A DNA stretch of 64,000 nucleotides from Spirochaetia bacterium (lineage in GTDB: Bacteria > Spirochaetota > Spirochaetia > SZUA-6 > Bin103): NCBI GenBank assembly GCA_965203055.1, contig OZ241863.1, forward strand, positions 3,552,001-3,616,000, given 5' to 3'. The position numbers were made by a program, and so were the translations under genes. Of the stretch, positions 30,343 to 39,191 are shown piece by piece. Position 1 is the stretch's first letter; every line of letters starts with the position of its first letter. The notes beneath the pieces are model-generated. The model saw only the letters and a program-made list of their open reading frames with translations, did not search any database and was not told the origin of the DNA.

Positions 30343-31950
30343 ATGACACCCATCCGCATCTTTGTCAGCAGCGTACAGAGCGAGTTTGCCGAGGAGCGGA
30401 ACACGTTACGAGCCTACCTCCGTGACGACGTTCTCATGCGCCGGTTCTTCGATGTATTTCTGTTTGAAGATGCCCCGGCGAAGGATCACACTCCCGATCA
30501 CCTATATCTGGAAGAAGTTGGGCGTTCGGACATCTATCTGGGGCTGTTCGGTCACGAATATGGGAGTGAATATGGCACAGGAATATCGCCAACCGAACGG
30601 GAGTTCGACCATGCCACCCGAGTCGGCTCACATCGCCTTATCTTCGTGAAAGGAGCCGATGGCGGCTCACGGCATCCGAAGATGAAATCGCTGATCGCCA
30701 AAGCCCAATCGGGACTGATCAGGAAGCGGTTCAACACCATCGCGGAGTTGCAGGCAGGCGTGTATGCGGCGTTGGTGGAGTATCTGGAAACCAGGGAAAT
30801 GATCCGTTGGGGACCGTTTGACGCGGCCCCGTGCCGCAACACCGCGCTGGATGATCTCGACTTCGAGCGGATGGCGCAGTTCATTCGCACGGCACGCCAA
30901 GTTCGCCAATTCCCGCTTCCGGAGGGGACTCCGCCTCGGCAGTTGTTGGAGCACCTGAATCTGCTGAGCGGCAATCGGATCACGAATGCCGCGGTGTTGT
31001 TATTTGGAAAGAAGCCGCAACGATTCTTGATTTCCTCTGAGATAAGGTGCGCTCATTTCCATGGAACCGAGGTCGCCAAACCCATTCCATCGTACCAAGT
31101 GTACAAGGGTACTGCGTTTGATCTGGTCGATCAGGCGACTGATTTCGTGCTCAGCAAGATAAACCGGTCGATCGGCACCCGCGCGGAAAGTGCTCGGGCG
31201 CCCCGAACGTATGAGATCCCGGTGGAAGTGGTTACCGAGGCGATCGTCAACGCCGTGGCTCACCGAGATTACACGGAGAACGGCAGCGTGCAGGTCATGC
31301 TGTTCGCGGACCGCCTGGAAGTGCGAAATCCCGGACGACTCCCGCCGCCGCTGACCCTGGAGAGACTGCGTGAGGCGCATCGGTCGGTGCCCGGCAACCC
31401 GTTACTTGCGGAGTCGCTGTACTTGATGGATTACATCGAACGCATGGGTACGGGGACGCTGGACATGATTCGACGTTGCGTTGCCGCGGGACTGCCGGAA
31501 CCGGAGTTCGCCGTCACGGACGGATTCGTCACGACTGTTTGGCGGGCGTCAGCCAACGCGGGAGTTCCCGGCTTCGGCGACACGCAGATGTTGGCGGTGG
31601 CAGAGTCCTCACCTGGGGTGCAAGCCGGGGGCCATGGTGAGGGCCAAGCTGAGGGCCATGCAGGCCAAGCTGCGCCATCCGGGAAGGACGCCGCTCTGCT
31701 TCGCGCGTGCATCGACGGTCCCGTTCCCGGTGAAGCGCTATTGACGGCCGCCGGCTACGCGCACCGCACCGGGCACTTCCGCAGATGGCTCGGTCGGCTC
31801 CAGCGTGAAGGACTACTGGAAATGACCGTTCCCGACAAGCCGCGCAGCCCCGCGCAGAAGTACCGGCTGACGAACAAGGGGCTACGGGCCATCGCCACTG
31901 CCGACGGAGGCCGCGACGAACTGAACGGCAGGCCATCGCAACGACTGTGA
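30343..31950 (+). CDS. DUF4062 + HATPase_c_4 (RecG C-terminal-like) + C-terminal HTH protein
   Basis: IFVSSVQSEFAEER, SPTEREF, EAIVNAVAHRDY, NPG.L, IERMGTG, PDKPRSPAQKYRLT. Confidence 0.85.
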   Translation: MTPIRIFVSSVQSEFAEERNTLRAYLRDDVLMRRFFDVFLFEDAPAKDHTPDHLYLEEVGRSDIYLGLFGHEYGSEYGTGISPTEREFDHATRVGSHRLIFVKGADGGSRHPKMKSLIAKAQSGLIRKRFNTIAELQAGVYAALVEYLETREMIRWGPFDAAPCRNTALDDLDFERMAQFIRTARQVRQFPLPEGTPPRQLLEHLNLLSGNRITNAAVLLFGKKPQRFLISSEIRCAHFHGTEVAKPIPSYQVYKGTAFDLVDQATDFVLSKINRSIGTRAESARAPRTYEIPVEVVTEAIVNAVAHRDYTENGSVQVMLFADRLEVRNPGRLPPPLTLERLREAHRSVPGNPLLAESLYLMDYIERMGTGTLDMIRRCVAAGLPEPEFAVTDGFVTTVWRASANAGVPGFGDTQMLAVAESSPGVQAGGHGEGQAEGHAGQAAPSGKDAALLRACIDGPVPGEALLTAAGYAHRTGHFRRWLGRLQREGLLEMTVPDKPRSPAQKYRLTNKGLRAIATADGGRDELNGRPSQRL

Positions 31951-31984
31951 CAGGCCAAGCGTTTCGATGGGACCGTGACCTGCC

Positions 31985-33391
31985 ATGAAGGAGAAGCTGG
32001 TCCGAAGCTCATGGTTGGAAAGCAAGGGCCGCCGCCTCGATTGCGGGCCATATATGTCGGGCGCGATCGAGGCGAGAGAACTCCTGAAGCGGTTGCCGGT
32101 ACGGCGAGCCGAGCTCCGTTCCGTCACGCGCGGGCATGCCGGCGGTATCTACAATGGACCACAGTTTGTACGGAATTACGTCACCGATCCGATATACGGC
32201 GTGCCCTTCTTATCGAGCAGCAGCATGTTGCACGCGGAGTTCCGCAACGTCGACCTGCTGCGCAAGTCCGATGCGGTTTCGTCCCGGTTGGCATACTTGC
32301 AGCTTGAGGAAGGCACGACGTTGATCTCATGCTCCGGGACGATTGGCCGTATGGCGTACACGCGGCGAGAGATGGCAGGGATGTGGTCGTCTCAAGATGT
32401 GTTGAAGGTCGTACCGGACCCGAACAGCGTTCGCCCTGGTTACCTCTATGCCTACCTGAGCAGTCGATTCGGGATCCCGCTGGTTACCGGCTCGACGTAC
32501 GGCGCAATCGTTCAGCACATCGAGCCGGACCATCTTGTCGATCTACCAGTGCCGCTTGCGCCGCCAGCGGTTCAGGAAGAAGTGCATCGGCTGGTAACCG
32601 AGGCGGGGGAATTGAGGACTTGGGCATCGGCCGAGCTACGGGCAGTCATTCGGGAGATCGAGGATGCCGCCGGCCTGCCGCCTCTGGGCCGCAGATACGA
32701 CGGGACGCGGCCGGATACGTCGTCGGCGAAAGCCAGTGCACTCGGCAGCCGGATGGACGCCCTGTTCCACAGCGAATATCATCGGTCGATCTTGAAAAGA
32801 CTGCTCCGGAAGCGACAGATTATTGTAGGGCAGATCGTAGACAGGGTATTCAAACCGCCGATGTTCAAGAAAGTACCTGCTGCAGATCGTCGGTTTGGAT
32901 TGCCCTTGTTCGATACCGCTTCAATTATGCGTGCCGATCCAGATACGTCATACTATCTTTCCTCACGAACAAGAGGTATAGAAGGCTTGGTCCTGAACGA
33001 AACGACGGTACTGGTACCGGCTGATGGTCAGCGCAACGGCATCATCGGACATCCCGTTCTTCCGATAGGAGACGTCGTTGGCAGTACCGTTAATAACCAT
33101 GGTATCAGGTTGTTCTGTTCAAAGAAAGAAACTGCCGGCTTTCTGTTGGCGGCGCTTTCATCCGAGTATGCGCGGCGACAACTCAAAGCCCGCGCATATG
33201 GTTCGTCCATTCCATCACTTGACGAAGCGGGTGTGAGCGGAGTAGTGCTACCGCTACTTCACGACAAGCAGATGGAGGAACTCGGTCGCCGGGCATTCGC
33301 GGTGCGCACCGCTCGCCATGACGCGGTCATCAAAGAACGTGAGGCGCGATCTCTCCTGGAACGTTGGATCGAAGACCGGGGAGCCGCCTGA
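31985..33391 (+). CDS. mad5: HsdS-like specificity subunit, MADS MAD5-like
   Basis: Two TRD-like halves (RLDCGPY..SCSGTIGR..YGAIVQHIEP; RMDALFH..YGSSIPSL); TGATG coupling to the next gene. Confidence 0.85.
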   Translation: MKEKLVRSSWLESKGRRLDCGPYMSGAIEARELLKRLPVRRAELRSVTRGHAGGIYNGPQFVRNYVTDPIYGVPFLSSSSMLHAEFRNVDLLRKSDAVSSRLAYLQLEEGTTLISCSGTIGRMAYTRREMAGMWSSQDVLKVVPDPNSVRPGYLYAYLSSRFGIPLVTGSTYGAIVQHIEPDHLVDLPVPLAPPAVQEEVHRLVTEAGELRTWASAELRAVIREIEDAAGLPPLGRRYDGTRPDTSSAKASALGSRMDALFHSEYHRSILKRLLRKRQIIVGQIVDRVFKPPMFKKVPAADRRFGLPLFDTASIMRADPDTSYYLSSRTRGIEGLVLNETTVLVPADGQRNGIIGHPVLPIGDVVGSTVNNHGIRLFCSKKETAGFLLAALSSEYARRQLKARAYGSSIPSLDEAGVSGVVLPLLHDKQMEELGRRAFAVRTARHDAVIKEREARSLLERWIEDRGAA

Positions 33392-36300
33392 TGGCGAAGG
33401 TGATCGCCATCGGCCAGCCGGTCAACGAGTCGGAGCGGGAGGCAGTTGCCTACCTGCGCGACCATCTGCCGGACAGCTTCACCGTCATTCACAACTTCGA
33501 GCTCAGGCAGGGGAATTCGGTCTTCGAGATTGACCTTGCACTGCTCGGTCCGCACTGCGTCCACGTAATCGACGTCAAGGGCACGCGCGGCCTGGTCGAT
33601 GTCTACGGCAGCAAGTGGTATCCCGAGGGGCGTGCGCCGTACCACTCGCCGCTTGCGCTCCTGCGCGGCCACGCCAAGGCGCTGAAGTCGCTCATCTGCG
33701 ACCAGCATCCCACCGACCGGGAGCTCCGCAGCGTCCATGTCGATGCCGCGGTGTTGATGACCGCACCCGACGTCCACGTGCAGGATCCGGGCGGCCACGA
33801 CGCGCCGGCGGTCGCCTATCTCAAGAAGTGCACTACGTTCTTCAAGTCTACCGCGCGCATTCCGGACAACAGGTCCGCCGACATCCGGCATCACTTCGGC
33901 AAGATACGGCGAGCCATCGTCGGGCGCGCGCAGCCCAGGAGCGCACCACCCTGCTACGGCAGCTGGCAGGTCGAGGAGAAGCTCGGGGGCACCGACCGCT
34001 ACACGGAGTACCGGGCCCGACACACACTGCTTGGTGCCAGACGTGGCGGTACTGCCCGCCTGCGCGTGTATCCGGTCGATCCGTATCTCCCGTCAGCGGA
34101 ACGCAAGCGCGAGCGGCGCCGGATCGAGAATGCCTTCCAGGCGGTAGCATCGTTGCCTGGTCACGCCCATATCCTCACCGTGCGCGATTTCTTCGCGAAC
34201 GAGGCTGAGGACCAGCTTGTGCTGGTCACCGAAGACGTGGCCGGGCACGCTCTGCGGCAGCACATCAAGAAGAGCGCGATGGCGCTCACGTTCGACCAAA
34301 AGATAGCAGTCGTTCGCGACACGTTGGCAGCGCTCGACCATGCGCACCGCAGCGAGCCCCAAGTAGTGCATCGCAACCTGACGCCGGATGCCGTGATCGT
34401 CAGCGCTTCCGGACGCACGCTGCTCTGCGGCTTCGACTACGCGCGCGCCGGCCAGGACCGTACCAGCACCATCGCCGGGGAAATTGCCGATGAACTCGAT
34501 CCGATGTATCAGGCGCCGGAGTGCGACAGGGATCCGTCCCAGGCGAGCGTGGCTTCCGATCTCTATGCCGCCGGGCTCGTCTTCTACGAACTGCTGGTGG
34601 GCGAGCCGGCATGGTCGTCGGTCGACGACATGATGAACAAAGACGCGGTCTTTCCGGTGAAGCCGTCCGAGTTGAAACAGGAGTTGAAGCCGGAATTCGA
34701 TGTCTGGCTGCAGGCGCTGTGCGCTTTCGACATCGAGGATCGACCGGCCTCCGCGGCCATCGCACTGACACAGTTCAACCGCATCGTCGGCCCCGACCCG
34801 CGCACCGGCGCCGTCAAGACCCAGCGGCCAATCATACCCGTGCCTGCGCAGCCGGACCTGGACTACGCAACGTTGCAGCGCGGAGACGTCCTTGCCGACC
34901 GCTTCCGGATTGAGGAAAACCTGGGCAAGGGCGGGTTCGCGGTCGTCTATCGCGTGTTCGACTCGTTTGCGGACACCAGCCGTGTCATGAAGATCATCGT
35001 CAAGGATCGCCGCTCGACGTTCGAGCGCCTGAAGCAGGAATACAGCATTCTGGTGCAGCTTCCGCCGCACCCAAACATGGTACGCGTGGTGTGGGCGGAC
35101 AAGCTGGCGCACGACACGCCTTACATCGTATTCGAATATGTCCCGGGGACTCCGGTGGCGGAACTGCTCGACAACAGCTCGCTCTCGCCCGACGACAGCA
35201 AGCGCGTCGGCTTGGACACCCTTGCCGGGATCCGGCACCTGCACGACAACGGCGTCTACCATCGCGACATCAAGCCGTCCAACCTGCTGTGGACCGACCA
35301 GGGCGTCCGCATCATCGACTTCAACGTCGCGGCGCACATCGAAGACGACGAATCGCGCCCCGGCGGTACGCGCCGTTACGTCCCCCCTGACCTGGATATC
35401 GGCGCGGCGATGTCCCCGCAAGAGAAGACCGATTGGGATCTGTTCGCTCTCGGCGTGACGCTGTACGAGTGCGCCACTGGACGCTATCCGTGGGAAGGGA
35501 ACAAACCCGTCTCGGACACGCTGCCCAGGGAACCCGCGGCCTACACCAGCGGCCTGGCGCCCGAGTTCGCGCAAGTGTTGCTGCATGCGATCGCTCCCCG
35601 CCGTGCGGATCGGTTTGCATCCGCCGCCGTGTTTCAGAAAGCGCTCGAGGTGGTCGCCACGACCCACAGAGCGCCGCCACCTGCCGTGTCGGAGGACGGA
35701 TCGGAAACGGATACCGGTGAGCTGCCGCTATTGCGTTCCCCTAAACCCAATTTCAATCCCTTCGTCAGCTACCTGCTGACGATGTACAGCCAGAGCCGGC
35801 GCAGCAACGCCCGCACTCGCGGTCTGGACGCCATCGGCCGCGAGACGTATGTCCCCACGCTGCTCGATGAGCAGCTTCGCACAGCGCTGCTCGCCGGTGA
35901 GTTTCGGCTGGTGGTGGTGACCGGCAACGCAGGCGACGGGAAGACCGCATTCATCCAGCAGATCGAGCGCTCCACCGAAGTGGCGGCCACACTGGTGAAG
36001 AAGTCGAACGGGGCAACGTTCTCCTGGGCGGGACGGCGCTTCATCACCAACCATGACGGCAGTCAGGATGAGGAGGGCACCGCCAACGATGAAGTGTTGC
36101 GAGCGTTCTTCGAGCCGTTCGAGGGCGACGACAGCGCCGGCTGGCCGCAGGACGAAACGCGGATCATCGCCATCAATGAGGGTCGGCTGGTGGACTTTCT
36201 TACCGAACACAAGGCACGATACCGGCGCCTGCGCAAGATCATGCTGGCCGGGCTGGACGGGAGTCTCCCCGAGGAGCGTGTGGCGGCGGTCAACCTCAAC

Positions 36301-37527
36301 CTGCGGTCAGTGGTCGCGTCGCCACCCCAGGCCGTCGGACCGGACGCTATCTTCGATCGCCTGTTACGACGACTCACTGCCGAGAAATACTGGGAGGCGT
36401 GCGCTGGCTGCGACCTTCGTGACCGTTGCTACGTGCACCATAACGCGCGCACGTTCATGGATCCTGTAGCCGGACCAAAAGTAGCAGAGCGACTCCGCGC
36501 TGCATATGCCATTACGCACCTTCGCGGACGAATGCACATTACGATGCGAGATCTACGGTCGGCGCTCGCGTTTACCCTTGCCGGCACCCGCGATTGCGAT
36601 CAGATACACGATCTGTACGCCACTACCCACGACGCCAGCCGCCACGAAATCCTGAACGGGTTCTACTTCAACGCTTGGCAGGGAGGCACAGGCTCGGCGG
36701 ATCGCCTGCTGGAACTGCTACGACAGATCGACGTGGGCACGGCGACCAACCCGACCCTCGATCGTGTCCTGGACTACTTGCCACCGGACGCCCGCGACAC
36801 GGACCGCTTCTCCTTCGCGGAGCGGGGCGACTACGATACACAGCTTCTAGCGCGGAGCTTCGGAGAACTTCCGCGCGACCTGTCGGGAGCGGCCGCCAGT
36901 CGCCGTATGGGCGATCATCGCGCGTACGTGGCGATGCTGCGCCGGCGGCAGTTCTTCGAGCGGCGCGACGAGGATTGGAAAGAGATGCTTCCATACCGCA
37001 CATACGAACAGTTCTGGGGCTTGGTGACGGAACAGACGCCCGCGGGCATCTATCGCGACCGGCTGCTTCTGGCGATCAACCGCGGAGAGGGCCTGAGCGA
37101 TCCCGGATGCCTCGGCAACGCGCTGGCGCTGCGCGTCCGGGAGGTCGAACGAGGCACGGTACGGAGCTACCGGCTGTTTCCGGGCGAGCGTTTCGAGTTG
37201 CAACTGCCCCAGTCATGGGACAATCGCTTCGTCGAGCATGTTCCGCAAGCGCTGCAGCTCATCTACGCGCCTTCCGGCGGCGCAGCGGCCGAGTTGGTCG
37301 TGAACCTTGACATCTTCGAGATGTTGTTGCGGCTGGCAGACGGCTACCGCCCGAGCCTTGAGGAACAGCAGGGCCACTATTTCGCGCTCACGGTATTCAA
37401 GAACGTGCTGTCTTCGGCACCCTACCAGGAGGTACTGGTGACTCCAACCGGCCACGATTTCTATCGGATCGAGCGGACGCCGGGCGGCGCGCTGAAACTC
37501 CAGAAGCTCGGTGAGGAGAGGAGTTGA
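33391..37527 (+). CDS. mad6: NERD nuclease + pseudokinase + Ser/Thr kinase + P-loop protein, MADS MAD6-like
   Basis: EID..L..IDVK (NERD); HRNLTP; GKGGFAVVY/HRDIKPSN/DFN; TGNAGDGKT; CAGCDLRDRC. Confidence 0.9.
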   Translation: MAKVIAIGQPVNESEREAVAYLRDHLPDSFTVIHNFELRQGNSVFEIDLALLGPHCVHVIDVKGTRGLVDVYGSKWYPEGRAPYHSPLALLRGHAKALKSLICDQHPTDRELRSVHVDAAVLMTAPDVHVQDPGGHDAPAVAYLKKCTTFFKSTARIPDNRSADIRHHFGKIRRAIVGRAQPRSAPPCYGSWQVEEKLGGTDRYTEYRARHTLLGARRGGTARLRVYPVDPYLPSAERKRERRRIENAFQAVASLPGHAHILTVRDFFANEAEDQLVLVTEDVAGHALRQHIKKSAMALTFDQKIAVVRDTLAALDHAHRSEPQVVHRNLTPDAVIVSASGRTLLCGFDYARAGQDRTSTIAGEIADELDPMYQAPECDRDPSQASVASDLYAAGLVFYELLVGEPAWSSVDDMMNKDAVFPVKPSELKQELKPEFDVWLQALCAFDIEDRPASAAIALTQFNRIVGPDPRTGAVKTQRPIIPVPAQPDLDYATLQRGDVLADRFRIEENLGKGGFAVVYRVFDSFADTSRVMKIIVKDRRSTFERLKQEYSILVQLPPHPNMVRVVWADKLAHDTPYIVFEYVPGTPVAELLDNSSLSPDDSKRVGLDTLAGIRHLHDNGVYHRDIKPSNLLWTDQGVRIIDFNVAAHIEDDESRPGGTRRYVPPDLDIGAAMSPQEKTDWDLFALGVTLYECATGRYPWEGNKPVSDTLPREPAAYTSGLAPEFAQVLLHAIAPRRADRFASAAVFQKALEVVATTHRAPPPAVSEDGSETDTGELPLLRSPKPNFNPFVSYLLTMYSQSRRSNARTRGLDAIGRETYVPTLLDEQLRTALLAGEFRLVVVTGNAGDGKTAFIQQIERSTEVAATLVKKSNGATFSWAGRRFITNHDGSQDEEGTANDEVLRAFFEPFEGDDSAGWPQDETRIIAINEGRLVDFLTEHKARYRRLRKIMLAGLDGSLPEERVAAVNLNLRSVVASPPQAVGPDAIFDRLLRRLTAEKYWEACAGCDLRDRCYVHHNARTFMDPVAGPKVAERLRAAYAITHLRGRMHITMRDLRSALAFTLAGTRDCDQIHDLYATTHDASRHEILNGFYFNAWQGGTGSADRLLELLRQIDVGTATNPTLDRVLDYLPPDARDTDRFSFAERGDYDTQLLARSFGELPRDLSGAAASRRMGDHRAYVAMLRRRQFFERRDEDWKEMLPYRTYEQFWGLVTEQTPAGIYRDRLLLAINRGEGLSDPGCLGNALALRVREVERGTVRSYRLFPGERFELQLPQSWDNRFVEHVPQALQLIYAPSGGAAAELVVNLDIFEMLLRLADGYRPSLEEQQGHYFALTVFKNVLSSAPYQEVLVTPTGHDFYRIERTPGGALKLQKLGEERS

Positions 37528-39191
37528 TGGCGCTGAAGCGACGTGACCGCGAGTTTCGCCTGGAGAAGCTTTCCTACATCGACTTCAAGCCGCTCAACAT
37601 GGACCGGGTCCTGACCATGCTATTCCCCCGGCTGCGTTTCGGCGGCTACGGTACGCGCCGGCCGCCGCGTAGAAACGACCTCACGATTGGCGATTTTGCG
37701 GGCGAGTACATCAAAGACCCGGGCGCGTTCGTCGGATTTGAGGACTATCCCGACGTCGTAGAGCGCTGGATAGAGACCGATCTGATGGACGTAGTGAATC
37801 GAGGCAAGCCGAATCAGGCCCTTGCCGCGCCGCGTCCACTGCACGGAAACACCTATAAGTTCCGCAACGCGCGCCACGCACGAGATTACGGCGCCTCGGA
37901 ACAGCTCTATTGGATGCTCTATCACGCGCGTGGCGGGCGCGGACAAGCCGCTAGAGACGGCCTGACCCGTTTCTTCTTCCCCGGCGTGGATCCGCACACC
38001 GATCGATACGATACGTCGGCTAACGTCGACGTGGAGACGCAGGCGCTGCTGCACTTCGACCGCCAAGTCAGCGTAGACATGAGAGAGTCTCAGGAACCCA
38101 CGCGATTTCCACCGGTCTGCGTCGGGCAGGTCGATCTGCTCGCCGACGATGTGCTGCGCTTGCTCGCTTACGAACGATACGTACCGCGCTCGGTACTGGT
38201 GGAGTATCTGAAGACACTGTTCGCGTTCCACCTCGGTCTCTACTTCCTGCGCCTGACGAAGCTGCTCCCGGCGCTTGTGCGGCGACGGAGCGCCGACCCG
38301 ACCTGCGCACCCGCCAACTGCCCGGTGGTGCCGGAGCAGATGCTCGCTCACGGATGCTGCCCCTACCGGGTGTATCTGTTGGCCGACCTTGGCAGCAATC
38401 CGGATAGCCCGATGGCCGGCCTTGCCGAGCACAGCGCCGACGTCCACTACCGGCGCATTCCGAAGTACGTGCAGTCGAGCTACCTGCTCCGCAAGCTCGA
38501 CGAATTCGCTGACTACCTGAGCCATAAGGTAGGTAAGGCGGCAGTGCCGGCGGCCGGGTACTTCGGGATCGGCGATCTGCTTATGTTCCTGGAGCCGCAG
38601 CATGCCGCCGAGCGCGACAGCTATTTCAGGATGCGCTTGGCAGGCCTTCTTGAGGACACTGGCGGAGCGGTCGGTGATGACGTGGACCCCGAGATCAGGC
38701 GAGTATCTGAGATGGGATTGAGCGATCTCGATCTGTTCATCGAGGTGCTGATGGCGCTGCGCGGGCCATACCACAGAAGGTACATTACCGAGTTTCTGGA
38801 TTCCGTCTTCAAGCGACGCGACGCCGGTCTCATGCAGCAGCCCAAGGGTGGTGCGCGGCGCTTCGCGTTGAGTAGCCACCTGTTGGAGGTTCTGCTCCAG
38901 ATCGCGGTGCTGGAAACGTCAGGCTCTGGATTCACAACGCGTGACCTCCAGGTTGATGAATTGCTCACCTTCCTACGCGAGCGTTACGGTATCTACGTCG
39001 ACCGTCTGCCGCCCGGCGATGGGTTCGACACACCCGGAATCAACGATCTTACGGCACTACGAAGAAACGCGGAGGACTTCAAGGGGAGACTGCGGGAGGT
39101 AGGATTCTTTCGCGACCTTTCCGATGCATTCGTGACGCAGACAATTACCCCTCGCTATACCATCTCTTCGTCCGACGGAGAACTGACATGA
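37527..39191 (+). CDS. mad7: MADS MAD7-like protein
   Basis: Lies between the kinase and the large ATPase with overlapping start/stop codons; C-terminal FLRERYGIY..RLREVGFFRDLSDA. Confidence 0.8.
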   Translation: MALKRRDREFRLEKLSYIDFKPLNMDRVLTMLFPRLRFGGYGTRRPPRRNDLTIGDFAGEYIKDPGAFVGFEDYPDVVERWIETDLMDVVNRGKPNQALAAPRPLHGNTYKFRNARHARDYGASEQLYWMLYHARGGRGQAARDGLTRFFFPGVDPHTDRYDTSANVDVETQALLHFDRQVSVDMRESQEPTRFPPVCVGQVDLLADDVLRLLAYERYVPRSVLVEYLKTLFAFHLGLYFLRLTKLLPALVRRRSADPTCAPANCPVVPEQMLAHGCCPYRVYLLADLGSNPDSPMAGLAEHSADVHYRRIPKYVQSSYLLRKLDEFADYLSHKVGKAAVPAAGYFGIGDLLMFLEPQHAAERDSYFRMRLAGLLEDTGGAVGDDVDPEIRRVSEMGLSDLDLFIEVLMALRGPYHRRYITEFLDSVFKRRDAGLMQQPKGGARRFALSSHLLEVLLQIAVLETSGSGFTTRDLQVDELLTFLRERYGIYVDRLPPGDGFDTPGINDLTALRRNAEDFKGRLREVGFFRDLSDAFVTQTITPRYTISSSDGELT

